A stretch of 64,000 nt of DNA from the human T2T-CHM13v2.0 reference genome, Homo sapiens. The stretch lies in assembly GCF_009914755.1 (NCBI RefSeq), contig NC_060929.1. The stretch is one strand, 5' to 3'. Every line of letters begins with the position of its first letter. The first letter of the stretch is position 1. The notes beneath the pieces are model-generated. The model saw only the letters and a list, made by a program, of their open reading frames with translations. It was not told the origin of the DNA and searched no databases. Of the stretch, positions 33,976 through 55,702 are shown one piece after another. A program made the translations under genes and the position numbers.

Positions 33976-34828
33976 CGCGTCACTATCCTTAAAAAATTGT
34001 TAACAATAATTATTCATCAGTGTGTCTTTCTGAAAATAAAATGAGAAAAGTGCCCAGTTTCTAAGATGTACAAGTTGCATTTTTGTCACCTGGTTATCTA
34101 GATGACACTAATGCATGGCCAAAAGCATTCCAAGTGTTTCTCTCTGTAGCCAGCCTGGCCCGAGCCCCCCACAATGACCATCGAAGCCCCACGTGGTCCT
34201 GGAAAGCAGCGTGTTCATGCTGTGGAATGTAAAGAGCTGTTTCCCATCACCGGGGCCAGCAGTTCACATGTGAGGCCACGCCTGGCACCAGATGCTGTTG
34301 TAAGAACTTTGCGTATATTCATTCATTTAATCCTCACAATTGCATGAAACCGTTACGTCCATCCTGTTTTGTATTGTTATGAGGTAGTCAGTGAGATTGA
34401 GCCAAAAGAGGCAGAGGAGAGGCTCGGGATAACAAATGTACTCAATATTCCTAGAGACAGGAGGCAGGGCAGGCCACACAGGGCCATGTGGGCGAGGCAC
34501 CTGAGTGTTCAGGAGGCAGAAGACAGGAGTCGGCGGGGAGTAGGGGGAAGCATGAAGCCAGGGCCTTCTTTGGGTGTCTGAGGGAAAGGCAAGGCAGGGT
34601 GGGTGAATTGTTTAGACTGGCTAGTTTGTGTCATTTCAGTAAGCTCTAAGCTATAAGGATGGGGGTGTCCCTAGGTGCCTGGTGCTCGGCCCTGGGGTGA
34701 TGAAGGCAGAGGAATGTTGCTTCTGGGGTGTGTGGGCCTGAGAGAGGAGGCCTGGCTCTGGCTGGTTACTACATATCGAAGACGTGCCCAGCTCAGTGTT
34801 TGCTGTCTCTTAAGAACTGGCCAGCCCC

Positions 34829-35497
<669 letters not shown>

Positions 35498-36112
35498 AAA
35501 ATATAATATACAGAAAAATTTTAAATATATACACAATATATTTCACAACTATTTTATGACTACACAACATTTTACAATCTATTTTACAACTGTGTTGGTA
35601 TAAAGACAAAATCTTTGACCCTAAAAGGTCATTTTTCTTTCCAATTTGGGGAGAACTTAAAACATTTCCATGAGCCCCTAGAAGCATTCTGGGCCCCAGG
35701 CACTGTCCCTACTGCACCTAATGGACAAGTCGGTGCTGCCTGGCATTGGTGGGTGGGGAGGGCTGGGGCCACGTGCTCACCTGGAGCCTAAGGAGGTGAG
35801 GTTCACCCATACCACATGATCCAAGAGTAGAAGTGAGGGGTCCACAAGAAAAACCCAGGGTCTTTCTCCAAAGAAGAGAGGGTGTGGTAAGGTCCCACGC
35901 AGGCAAACCACAGATGACCCCAGGCCCGACGCAGCTGAGGCTGAGGCTGCGGCCTTTGGTGGCTCACCCCCTTCTCAGATCCACACTTTCTGGGCCAGGC
36001 CTGAGGCTGAGCCACGTGGGGGTGAGAGAACCAGGAGCAGGGGGAAGATGTGGGGGAAGGGCAGGCGGAGTGCTGACCCCGAGGACCTGTTTCACTGGAA
36101 AGGCAGCAGTTC

Positions 36113-37454
<1,342 letters not shown>

Positions 37455-37552
37455 AGGATGCATCAATGGTTATTCCTTGAGAAGCAGGTCATGGTTGGTC
37501 CTTCTTGTCTTTTAGGTTTTCTTTAGTCATGAACTTGTGTTAGCCTTTCTAG

Positions 37553-37880
<328 letters not shown>

Positions 37881-38288
37881 TCTAATGGTTTCTGTACTTA
37901 CCATTACTGCATGAGAGAGAGGTTCATTGAGCACTCGTTATGAGCCAGGCACTGTGCATTGTTCCTACATTATGCCATGAAATTTCTATAAAAACCTTCA
38001 GGTTTGTAGGGATGGATGATTACCTATCAGCTAGATATGAGTATCATACTTACTTGACAGACAAGGAGTCTTTGACTTAAGTAGCTTGTCCAAGATCACA
38101 ACATGAGAGTTAAGAGAAGGGTTTTAAATGTGAAGCTTTGTGATAGAACCCAAACCCTTACCCAATAAGCTGGACCACCACGGATCTCAGGAATTGGTCA
38201 CTCTGGCTGCCAAATTTCTGCTCACCTCTTCTCTCTCTTCCTTTTTATTCTTTTCCCAAAATATAACGACACATCAAAAGATGTTTCT

Positions 38289-38557
38289 GGCCGGGGGCAG
38301 TGCGTCATACCTGTAATCCCAGCACTTTGGGAGGCCATGGCAGGCCGATCACCTGAAGTCAGGAGTTCAAGACCAGCCTGGCCAACATGGCAAAACTCCG
38401 TCTCTACTAAAAATACAAAAATTAGCCGGGCTACTCAGGAGACTGAGGCAGGAGAATCACTTGAACCCGGGAGGTGGAGGCTGCAGTGAGCTCAGATCAC
38501 GCCACTGCACTCCAGCCTGGGGTATAGAGTGAGACTCTGTCTCAAAAACAAAAAAAA
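38289..38557 (+). mobile_element. Alu (AluS-type) with short internal deletion
   Basis: AAAAGATGTTTCT TSD; ATTAGCCGGG joined directly to CTACTCAGG. Confidence 0.92.
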
Positions 38558-38964
38558 GATGTTTCTAAGTATGCCAGTGGTGCACGTTTGAGAGCAGTAT
38601 TACTCCAGTGAATGAATGTGACCACTACAACTGCTCTGCATGTGAAACACTTTTTGAAAACACGTGCATAGAAGATGTTTCAAGAGTGCAGCTTGGTGCA
38701 TGATTAAGATGTGTTGTTTCAATGAATAAAGGTGTCCACTACACTATTCTGCATGTAATATACTCTGAAAAGACATGTGTACAAAAGATGTTGCTAAAAC
38801 ATTCTCAACACAGTAGCCAGAGTGGTCCTTTTGTTCATCAGACCATCTAACTGTTATTAAAACCCTCCAGTGTCTCCTCTTCTCACCCCGAGTAAATTAA
38901 AGTCCTTGATTTTAGTGGCCTTGGCCTACAGGGCCACACATGGTATACATACCCCAGTGCCTCA

Positions 38965-39245
38965 GGTGACGGTTAGCTTGATGTGTCACCTGGCCAGGCT
39001 ATGGTACTCAGTTACTTAATCAAACACTGATCTAGATGTTGCTGTGAAGGTGTGTTTTGTAGATGTGGGTAACCTCTACAATCAGCTGACTTTAGGTAAA
39101 GGAGATTTACCCCCAATCATCTGGGTGGGCCTCTTCCAATCAGTTGAAGGCCTTCGGAGCAAAACTCTCTCTCTATATCTTTATCTAATCTATATCTACA
39201 TCTAATCTGTTGATCCTTTGGGCTCTGTTCTCTGGAGAGCCCTGA
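38965..39245. mobile_element. MLT2-like LTR fragment inside L2-like sequence
   Basis: TCAAACACTGATCTAGATGTTGCTGTGAAGG, TGGGTGGGCCTCTTCCAATCAGTTGAAGGCC, TCTCTGGAGAGCCCTGACT. Confidence 0.7.
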
Positions 39246-40442
39246 CTGCTCCACTCTGCTGCCTTCCTCACATTTTCTCCCCTGCTCACCCTACTCCTCC
39301 ATGCCACTCTCTTTGCTTGGTCCCCAAAACACCAGGCCGACCCCTGCCCTTGGGCCTTGCACTTGCCACTCCGCCTGCAGGACCCCATCCCCCAGATATC
39401 CCCATGGCTCACTCCCCACCTCCTTCAGATGAAGCCTGTACTGGATTGCCCTATTCAAAATTGCAGCCATCCCCCGCCAGCTGCCCCATTCTCTGTACCC
39501 TGCTCTGCTGTTTTCTTTTGTCCACAGCACATCACCCTTTAACATACAGTGTCATTTATTGGTTAGTTTTGTATGTTGTTTATTGTGTGTCTCCACCACT
39601 AGGGTGCAAGTCCTATGAGGGAAGCAGTTCCTGTCTATTTTGTCTGCTGATGTATCCCAGGTGCTTAGCACAGAGTAAGCACCCAAGGGTACCTGTGGGA
39701 CCAAAATGAATAAGCAGTCTGTGGGGGGCAGTGAGGAGGGGCTAGCTGGGAGTGAGATGGGGTCCTGGGACTGCTCAGCTGTGGGGCTGGGTTAATGAGT
39801 GGGGTCTGTGTGGGCAGTGATTGGTAGGACTGGGAGGATCAATGGTAGGCTAATGGGGCCAGCAATTTGGGCACCTCTGCAGGGTGCATTAAGGAGACTC
39901 TGGCTTTTAGTGACTGTGGGAGGAATGAGTATCTTGCCCAAGGTCACTCATCTAGCAGAGCTGGAGTTGACCTCAAGAAGACTTAACCATGACACAGTGC
40001 AAGGTCAAGCTGTGAAAGCTGACTTAAAGAAGTACACAGGGCATGGGCAAGACAAGGTCTGTGTGCCCTGGAAGTTTTACCTGTCTTACCTGTCTGCAGA
40101 CCAGAATGGGAAAAATAACTCAGATGTTGATACTACAGGTATATTCAGTATTTGAGAGCTCTGATCAGACCCAATCTGGCAGATTGTATCAGTGCACAGT
40201 GCCTGGGGCCATGTTCCCCTAGACTAATGTGCCCTCTCTGCTGTTTCTGTTAGGAGAGTCTGCAGGTAAATTTGAGAATAAACCACAGCCAGATGGAGGT
40301 GACAGGAGATGGCTGGGACCCTAGCAATGGGACACAGCACCACGGTGCCATGGAACGGTGATTTTTATAATACTATGTAGGATGAATAAGAGGGAAAAGA
40401 TACAAGAAGCAGAAAGACTAGTTAGTATTCTGACAGAATAAT

Positions 40443-41148
<706 letters not shown>

Positions 41149-41606
41149 GATCCAGTCCTTTTACTAATTTACTTCTCTACACCCTTGCATGCCTTTTAGA
41201 ATTCTATCCAACTGGTGAGTTTCTTCTTATCAGAGCCTTATTCCTTCTTGGTTCCTATCCCTTACATTTCTTCAGCCTTTTCTCCACAGGGTGGAATGTC
41301 ATTTTTGAAACCCCCCAAGCTACTTGTAATAAGCATCAGTATTCCACTCTGGCTGTCCATACTACAGCAGTTTTTCCCCTGTCAAAGCCCAAGAGATAGA
41401 AAATATTTAGTTTGGAATTTTTCACGTTTAGAAACAAAGGTATCAATATAACAAAGAGTATTTGTGAAGCAGTTTCATTCTATAAAATGATGAGAAGATT
41501 CACTTGGAATTGTGCATTTTATTCCATTTTTGAAGAAGTTTTATGAAACAATATCTGTATAAAGAAGCAACCGAAGACCTAAGTCAAACTTTTGGGAAAA
41601 GTTAAA

Positions 41607-41612
41607 TTTATT
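41607..41612 (-). terminator. GRM6: Candidate GRM6 poly(A) signal AATAAA
   Basis: TTTATT on the + strand. It implies a ~3.3-kb 3'UTR, consistent with the ~6-kb GRM6 mRNA as I recall it. Confidence 0.6.
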
Positions 41613-42231
41613 GAACAGGAAGTAACTGAATAAAGTCAGTTACCTGGACTCTTTACAGTAAGCAATGAATGTAATAAATTAAAGGGAAATTTCTAAAGAG
41701 CAAAAAGGATAAGAAATGGGACAAAGCTATAATAAATGTGTCAGAAGATTCACACAAGTGAGACAGCCTAAGAAAATGGTTACTATACAGAAGCTCTTCT
41801 GTAGAAGTCTCAACACAGTGGACCACAGGTGAGACCTTATAAATAGGTGGTTAAAGCTTACATCAGAACGTAATCTTACTCTGCTTTAGAGCTCTCATCC
41901 CAGAGAGGAACACTGCAATTTTAATTGTGTAAACATGGAATAAGCCTCCAACCCAGAACTCCATTTTCACTGGAACATATAATTCATACAAATAATTCAA
42001 GGGCAACAAATGGGACAAAACCTTCGGTGCAGGTCAGCTCTCACTCGACATAAGAGAAACCACACTGGAAGAATGCCTTATAAATTCCACACATAGAAGA
42101 AAACCCACAAAACTTTATTCAGGGGTCCAAATAAATTGGACCTCAAAGAATTCAAACCCATGCATGCAAAAAAACAGGAAAATCTTTAGGGAGCTGTCAA
42201 CCTCCACTGAACACCACAGAAATGATCAAAG

Positions 42232-42520
42232 AGGCTAGGTGCGATGGCTCACGTTTGTAATCCGAACACTTTGGGAGGTGGAGGCAGGAGGATCGCTCGA
42301 GCTCAGAAGTTCGAGACCAGCCTGGGCAACATAGTGAGACCTCGTCTCTACAAAAAATAAAACATTAGCTGGGTATGGTCGTGCGCACCAGCTACTCAGG
42401 AGGCTGAAGCGGGAGGATTGCTTGAGCCCAGGTCGAAACTTCAGTGAGCTATGATCGTGCCACTGCACTCCAGCCTAAGAAATTGAGCAAGACCCTATCT
42501 CGAAAAAATAAAATAATAAC
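42232..42520 (+). mobile_element. AluJ
   Basis: GGAGGATCGCTCGAGCTCAG, CTGGGCAACATAGTGAGACC; AGAAATGATCA flanking repeat. Confidence 0.92.
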
Positions 42521-43749
42521 ATAAAGAAATGATCACAGGCAGAAACTGTATGCACACACCGAGTGTGGAAAAGCCCTCTTGTGGAAGTCAGTTATTTGTG
42601 TACATCAGAAAATTCTGGAAGGAGAGAAACCTTGTGAAGGTACTAAATATGACAACATCTTCAGTAACAGAGGATGTCCCCCTGTACCCAGAATGGTGCA
42701 TGCTGTGGAGATACCCTGCAAGTAGACCGAATGTGAGAAAGCCACAGGAGTACATGGGCCTCGCGGTGCATCAGAGTTCCTGCCAGAGAGGCCCACAGGC
42801 ATGAACATGGCAGAGTGTGAAAGTCGTCTGCGGGAAGCCAGGACTCTATGCCAGAAACTTCACACTGGGGAGAAATCCTCAGTGCAATCAGTGTAGAAAT
42901 GCCTCTACTAAGAACTGCTTCTGATTCTGAATCACAGAGTTCACAGTGGAGAAAACCACATGAATGTAAAACTGTGGAAAAGTTTTCAGCTAGAAGCCAG
43001 AGCGCACTGCACACCAAAGAATTCACACTGGGAGAGACATGAGAAAACAGCAAATGCAGGAAAACTTTCCCTTGGAGATCAGAGCTCACTGATCTCAGAG
43101 TTCATACAGGAGAAGAGCCCTATACAATCACGAGGGTGGAACCGCCTTTGGCAAGAAAACACGCCCCATTACCCATGAGAGAGCTGCACAGGAGAGAAAC
43201 CCTATGGAATAAATAATTCTGGAAAGCATTCAGCAACAAATGAAACGTCCTAATGTGCACTATAGAGAAGCCCTAGGAACACAACAAATGTGGAGAAGGA
43301 GAGTCAGTAGCGCAACAGAAATGTTTCTCAGAGGAGAAGCTTTTAAGTTAATTACTTAAAACCTGCAGAAGCACCTAGTCCCACGGTCAAAACCAACTGC
43401 GCACCAGAGAAGCTGCATGGGAAAGTTTGTATGTTGGATAAAGTGTGGTTCACCCTCAAAACTAGCTCCAGACATCACAGACTAGAGAATGTATACTGAT
43501 CTTAAACAGTGGTCAATTTAACAAATGTAAATTCTACTCCCAGGGACATAAAATTCCATAACTTAAACCAAGCTTTTTGTAAAAACTATCAGTGAAAAAC
43601 AAATGTGCGTGCATCTGCAGCCCAAGCCTCTTCCTCCCCAGGCCTGGCGCTCAGCTTGCAAATGGACTTCCCAGTACCTATGAGGAATGAAGGGTTTCCA
43701 TACCCGTCCTGAGCCATCCACTTGGGATTCACCCTCACCACGGCCATGA

Positions 43750-44206
<457 letters not shown>

Positions 44207-44919
44207 TGATTTAAGGGAGTACACAGAGGGGAGGAAAACAGCTGTACTCTAAGTCTGACCTTGCCCAATCCCGGGGGGATGGGGGAAAGCCCATGGCATT
44301 GGGAATCTCATGGGGGTGCACCCCAGTTCCTCAGCTCACTCCCGCGCCCACTGCAGGCCCTTCCCATGCTCACAGGGGTCTCACCCAGGGTCTCTCCCTC
44401 CGTGCCAGAGGAATCCTACCCAGGCCTGAGTGCCTCCATCCAGATGCACAGCCCCAGGTCTCCTCTTGCTGAGACAGCTCCTCCTCCACTCCAACCCCAT
44501 GTTTCATTCTGGGGTCTACACGTTCTTCCACACTGCCCAATCCCCAGGTTATGGGGGTTGACTGAGGGGAGGAAATCTCCCGCAAACCAGGCAAAGCCCA
44601 GGGCTTCATCATCCTCTTTGGACTTCGGATGAGAGAATAAGTTTAGTCCCTTTCTAGAGCTAGAACCTTCTCGGTGGCTGTTTCCCACCATGGGAAGCGA
44701 GTCTGGTCTGTGGTGAGGAAGCATGAAGCTCACATGCTGGAATCGGGGTAGAGCTGGGTCCAGTTCCTTCTCAAGGCCAGCCCCACCGACGCGGAGCATG
44801 GTCTTGGCAAACTCCCTGCCACTGACTGTTCACCGTGGACCCGGGCTCTATACAGCTTCCACCTCGAGGCAAGAGGAAGAAAGGAGAGGCAGCAAGCAGT
44901 CCCGTTCCCACCTGCCCTG

Positions 44920-45117
<198 letters not shown>

Positions 45118-45559
45118 CTAGGCCATGGAAGAGGGGACCAGATGGGACTCAGCCCTGCTCTCCCTGCCCCGCTCCACACAGTCCTCACCACATACTCTGG
45201 AGCTGAGTCTGTTTCAGTTGGGGAACTGGGAATGAGCACTTAGACCAGGACAACAGTATGAGCAGGGGCCCCGCGCCTGAGGGGCTGGCAGCCTCCATGC
45301 AGCTCTGGTGTGGGCAGGAGGGAGGGGTGAGGAGGGGTTATTAACAGAGAGACACCTGGGGAAGCGGGAGCCGGGGCATGTCAGTGAATGAGCACGTTTC
45401 AAATACATACAAATGAATAAATGGGCAGAGACAAACTTCAGGAGCAGATGGGCAAATAAATGGATGACAGGTGCATAAAATATTCTGCCGCATACGTGAA
45501 TAAATGATGCAGCAATGGGCTGACGCATTAATGGGTTGGCAGTTATAAAGCACATGAAG

Positions 45560-46816
<1,257 letters not shown>

Positions 46817-47419
46817 TTACTGCGCCCCTTCAAGGTAGATGGATGTGGCCGGAAGCTCTGGAACTGAGGCCCTACTCGCATCGCCTCTCTAGCCTCCTCA
46901 CGTGTACTGAGCTTCAAAATCAGGGCACACCACAGGCAAGAGAAACAAAGGAGCACTCAGTGGGGAGGAGCAGGAATGGGAGCTGATGCCGAGGAGTATT
47001 GGAGTCTGTGCAGGCCCTCACAGGGAGGAGATGGAGTTACCACTCCCTCACATGACAGGAAGCACAACCTCAAGCCAAGGAAAGCTGGGGAACAGGAACG
47101 AAGCCACCTGCATAAAGGCGGGACCCTGGAAGGGCTGCCCCACACGTTCGTGCTGGTTGTTCACTGTACGAGAGCGCCTGATTGGGGGCAGGGGTGGAGC
47201 TGGAATCCAGCCTGCATGCCAGTGCCATGCCGAGCACCTGGAGCAGGGCCATGTGATCCTGCTGGAAGGGATGCTTTGCAGTCATCTGCCCACCCAGAAG
47301 CAGCAGCTTTTTGTGCTTCTCCCAAAGGCAGCAGACCCCTGAACAAAGGACCTTCCAAATAAGTGGATCACGAGGTCAGGAGATCGAGACCAACTTCCAA
47401 AATAAGTTTGGAAGTTCCT

Positions 47420-47760
47420 ACTAGAACAAGGCTCCAGGTGGAAAAAAAAAAAGTTGCTCATGAGAAACAAAAATGCAAGCCCAGGGCTGCACAGCGGTAA
47501 CCACCAAAACGGCCCACAGATGCCGCAGCCCGTGGAGTGGGGAGCGAGCGAACTCGGAACGGACTCTTGCAAAATAACAGCAAATGAGCAAAGGACAGGA
47601 ACAGGCTGAGCCCAGGAGAGGAAAGCCCCATGGCCGGCGCACTGGTGCTAAGTGCAGGCGAATTGAAGCCACAGTGAGATGCCATTTTGCAGCCCGTCAT
47701 GACGTGGTAGTCATGGCAAAACACCTAGGCCAGTTGCAGGCTTGTGTGTTTTTAAAGATC
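47420..47760 (+). mobile_element. Degraded, GC-shifted L1 fragment
   Basis: AAATGAGCAAAGGACAGGAACAG and GCGAATTGAAGCCACAGTGAGATGCCATTTT resemble the L1 ORF2 3' region. Confidence 0.6.
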
Positions 47761-48676
47761 CCTTGTATCTGGAAAAGAGGGTACAGTGTGGGGCGGGCAG
47801 TGGCTGAGGCTGGGGAGGAGAGCTGGGGGTCCCCAACGGGGTCTAAGCATCTCCACCTGAGGGTGGGGGAGCAGGAGCACCTCAGGCCGGGACGTAGAGG
47901 GCACCTTCTCAGGATGTGCGGCACACGGAGACCCTGGGCCTGACCAGGGGACACTCAGGCCCTGTTACGTGGAGGAAGACGGGAGCACCTCCTAGTCACG
48001 GAGAACTGCATGACCCGAGGCACGTGGCGTGTGTGGAACGAACAGAGAAGGGGCTCGCCGGGAGTGGACAGCACTGGGAGTGCTCCAAACGGGTGAGCAG
48101 GTGTTCGCACTGAGGCCACCCTCCACCTGGCCCTGAGAACCCAGCTGGCCCTGCAGTGTCACACCAGGTCACCCTCCCCAAGCCATCTGTCTCTCGTACT
48201 CTTCACACAGAAAACATCCAGGGCGCCCCAGACTCCAAGAGTTGTCTCCAAGGCTGTAATAACTTTACAGTCTTAGGAAAATCCCCCAAAGGAGCTCCAT
48301 TATTTAACGGCCAGCACGAAACGCTGGCCACTGGATGGAATTCGATGCTCTTCCACAGTAAAATGTTGGACCCTGTGCCTCTCATCCACACTGCCCCAGG
48401 GAGCAGGGCAGCAGAGACTCCCTTGTGGAAACAGGAAAACCGGTCAGATAGCTCTTTGACCTGTTTCCATATGTGAGCCAAATTGTAGAAGAGCATTTTG
48501 GTTTAGAAAATAACTTCACTGTTGTACAGAAAGATCTCTGGAGGCCCACACTCCCCACCTGACTGCCCCGTTTTCCTTCAAGGACCCAGCAGGGGAGATG
48601 GCGGCCCTAACTGAGCTGCTGTCACAGGAGGGGAGGGGCTCCATTTCCTGTGGCCTTAAAAAAAAAAAAAACTCAC

Positions 48677-49315
<639 letters not shown>

Positions 49316-49376
49316 CCCTTTTGGCTTTGTAACGTTGCGGACAGTCCCCCTCCCTGCCCTGGCCCTTGGGAGCCTA

Positions 49377-50255
<879 letters not shown>

Positions 50256-50344
50256 TCATCCTCGGTGGTCCTCCAGCCCAGCAGAGCTGGCCTCCTGGGG
50301 AGGCCCCAGGGACCAGCAGGAGAAAGGAGGAGCTTAACAAGCAT

Positions 50345-51410
<1,066 letters not shown>

Positions 51411-52161
51411 AAGTTTCACTGTCCAGGCGAGAGGATGAGTTCAGACACGGAGAGAGGTCTGAGTGACAGTATGAAATTGGAATGACTTGAACAATGAGCT
51501 CTATTTTTCTTACAAGCTTGTTCCACCAGCTTGCAGAGATGCTCTGGAGTCATATTAAATGGAATTGATTAGCAGAGAGCATGGCGGAGAGAAGGTGGTG
51601 AGTGAGTGTTCAGTGGAAGAGCGGAGTTTTGAATTGTGTAAAGGATAGTGATTGAACAGAAAGTCATCTCTCCACAAACCGTGGACAGAGCTTGAGTCCA
51701 CTGGGGTCTCCTCAGAAGACACAGTTTTGAGCCCTGACCACACACCAAGCCTGGTGCCAAGGGACAGGTCAGACCCACGCCTGTGCCTGGCGCATGACTC
51801 AGAGTGGGCGGCATGTCCCTGGGTAGGCGCCCCACGCAGTCTTAACTGTGCCCCACGTGCACCCCCAGGGTCCAGATGCCCTCAAGCTCTGCGCAGTGGA
51901 GGGGAGTGTGGTGTGACCCACTGGGGGTTCCTGGCAGAAGGGATCAGAGAAGCTCCCCAGCATCTGAACTGTGCAAACCAGCGCAGGGAACACTGAAGCC
52001 TGGGGAGGGAGCAGTGTTAAAAATTGGGGACCGGAACTTGTCTCATGTCTTTGGCACTCAGCCCCAGGCACCCCCATTAGACCACTCAGCCTCACCCAGC
52101 CCTTCCACCCTGAGGTTGTCCCAGGCCTCACAGCAAAATCCAGCCCCCCAGCTGTCCTTCA

Positions 52162-52461
<300 letters not shown>

Positions 52462-52491
52462 TCACCACCCTCCCCACCCTCCCCACCCTCA

Positions 52492-52870
<379 letters not shown>

Positions 52871-53710
52871 ACCAAGTTCTGATTGGTGGACTCAGAGCCA
52901 ACTGGAGGTTCCAGGGTAGCACTTACATGCTGATGCAAACTCAGAGCCTCACCATTTGAAAGACTTTTATCCCTGCTCCTTCTTTCCTGTTAGGATGCTG
53001 CTGTGAAGATGTAATGGGTGGAGCCTCAGCAGACATCTTGTGACTATGAGACCATAAGCAGGAAGACCCAAGACAACCACAGGGAATGGTGGAACAAAGG
53101 AATGGACAGAGCCCAGGGCTTTGAGAGTGCATTCACTCACTGCCCCATGCCTAAAGTCACCAACTCTCAGACCTCCTGTCTTGTGATGAGATGCCTTTAT
53201 CGCTAAAACTACTCTCAGTCCAGGCTGCCACCTGCACCCAGATGCAACGTAGCTGAAATAAAAGGCGTGATGGTATATATCCCCCTAAGGCTAAGAGGCC
53301 CTAGCAGCCAGGGCTCAGCCTTTCCAGGGTCTGTGTTTCATAAAATAGCCCTGAAGGATGTCATCAAGGTGTCCTCGGTCCAGCCTTGGGGAAAATGAGC
53401 AATCCTATTGTAAAGTGAGCCATCTGTTCCTGCTGGATTCATCCAGATCCACAGGTAGGACTGGGGGTGCAGGGGCCTCATCACTCTGATCACCAGGATG
53501 GTATATTCCGTATCCTTGGTTTCTCTCCCTCCCGCCCTCACCCTCAGATTAGAATGTCTTTGGCAGCACTAGAAATACAGGCACTAAATTAAGAAACAAA
53601 ACCAAAAACCCAACAATTCCTCCCCGTCCAGTGAGTGGAGCGTGCTTTCCTCGCACGCCATCCCAGTCAAGCGCTGCTTGGAGGGACGCGTCCACAGATG
53701 ATCGGACTCA

Positions 53711-54136
<426 letters not shown>

Positions 54137-54528
54137 TTAGGGCACCTTCCCTGGGCTTTCCTCTGACCCTAGGCCTGCCCACTTGCTCTGCCCACTGTAA
54201 CCCACTGTTCAGGGGGTTCAGAGGGACTCCTTGGGGGAAAATCCAGTTCGAAGCCAGCCCCTCCCCACATGCCTCCACCAGCGTCACACCCAGCCTCCTA
54301 GGCTGGAGATGAACTCGGGCCGGTGGGTCTCGGGCTGGGGTCCGCAGCCTCTGTATGGACCCTGGGCTCCTTCCCTCACAGCTCATTTTCTGCACTAGGT
54401 TCTGCCCACAGGTCCCTCCCCGCACCCCCAGGAGCTGTAAACACAGACACATGTTCTGTGCGCTATTCAGTCTGGGCTTGTGGCATCTCCCCAGACCAGG
54501 CTGCTTCTGAGCCTGGGCACCAGACTCA

Positions 54529-55702
<1,174 letters not shown>

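Larger units (their letters stand above)
41290..43450 (+). pseudogene. Decayed C2H2 zinc-finger exon (KRAB-ZNF-type pseudogene remnant), interrupted by an AluJ
   Basis: Recurrent finger and linker remnants: SALTRHKRNHTGRMPYK (~42035-42085), ECGKALLWKSVICVHQKILEGEKP (~42560-42632), CACCAAAGAATTCACACTGGGAGAG (~43012), ACAGGAGAGAAACCCTATG (~43188). Many frameshifts and stops. Candidate acceptor TTTTCTCCACAG at ~41289. Confidence 0.8.
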
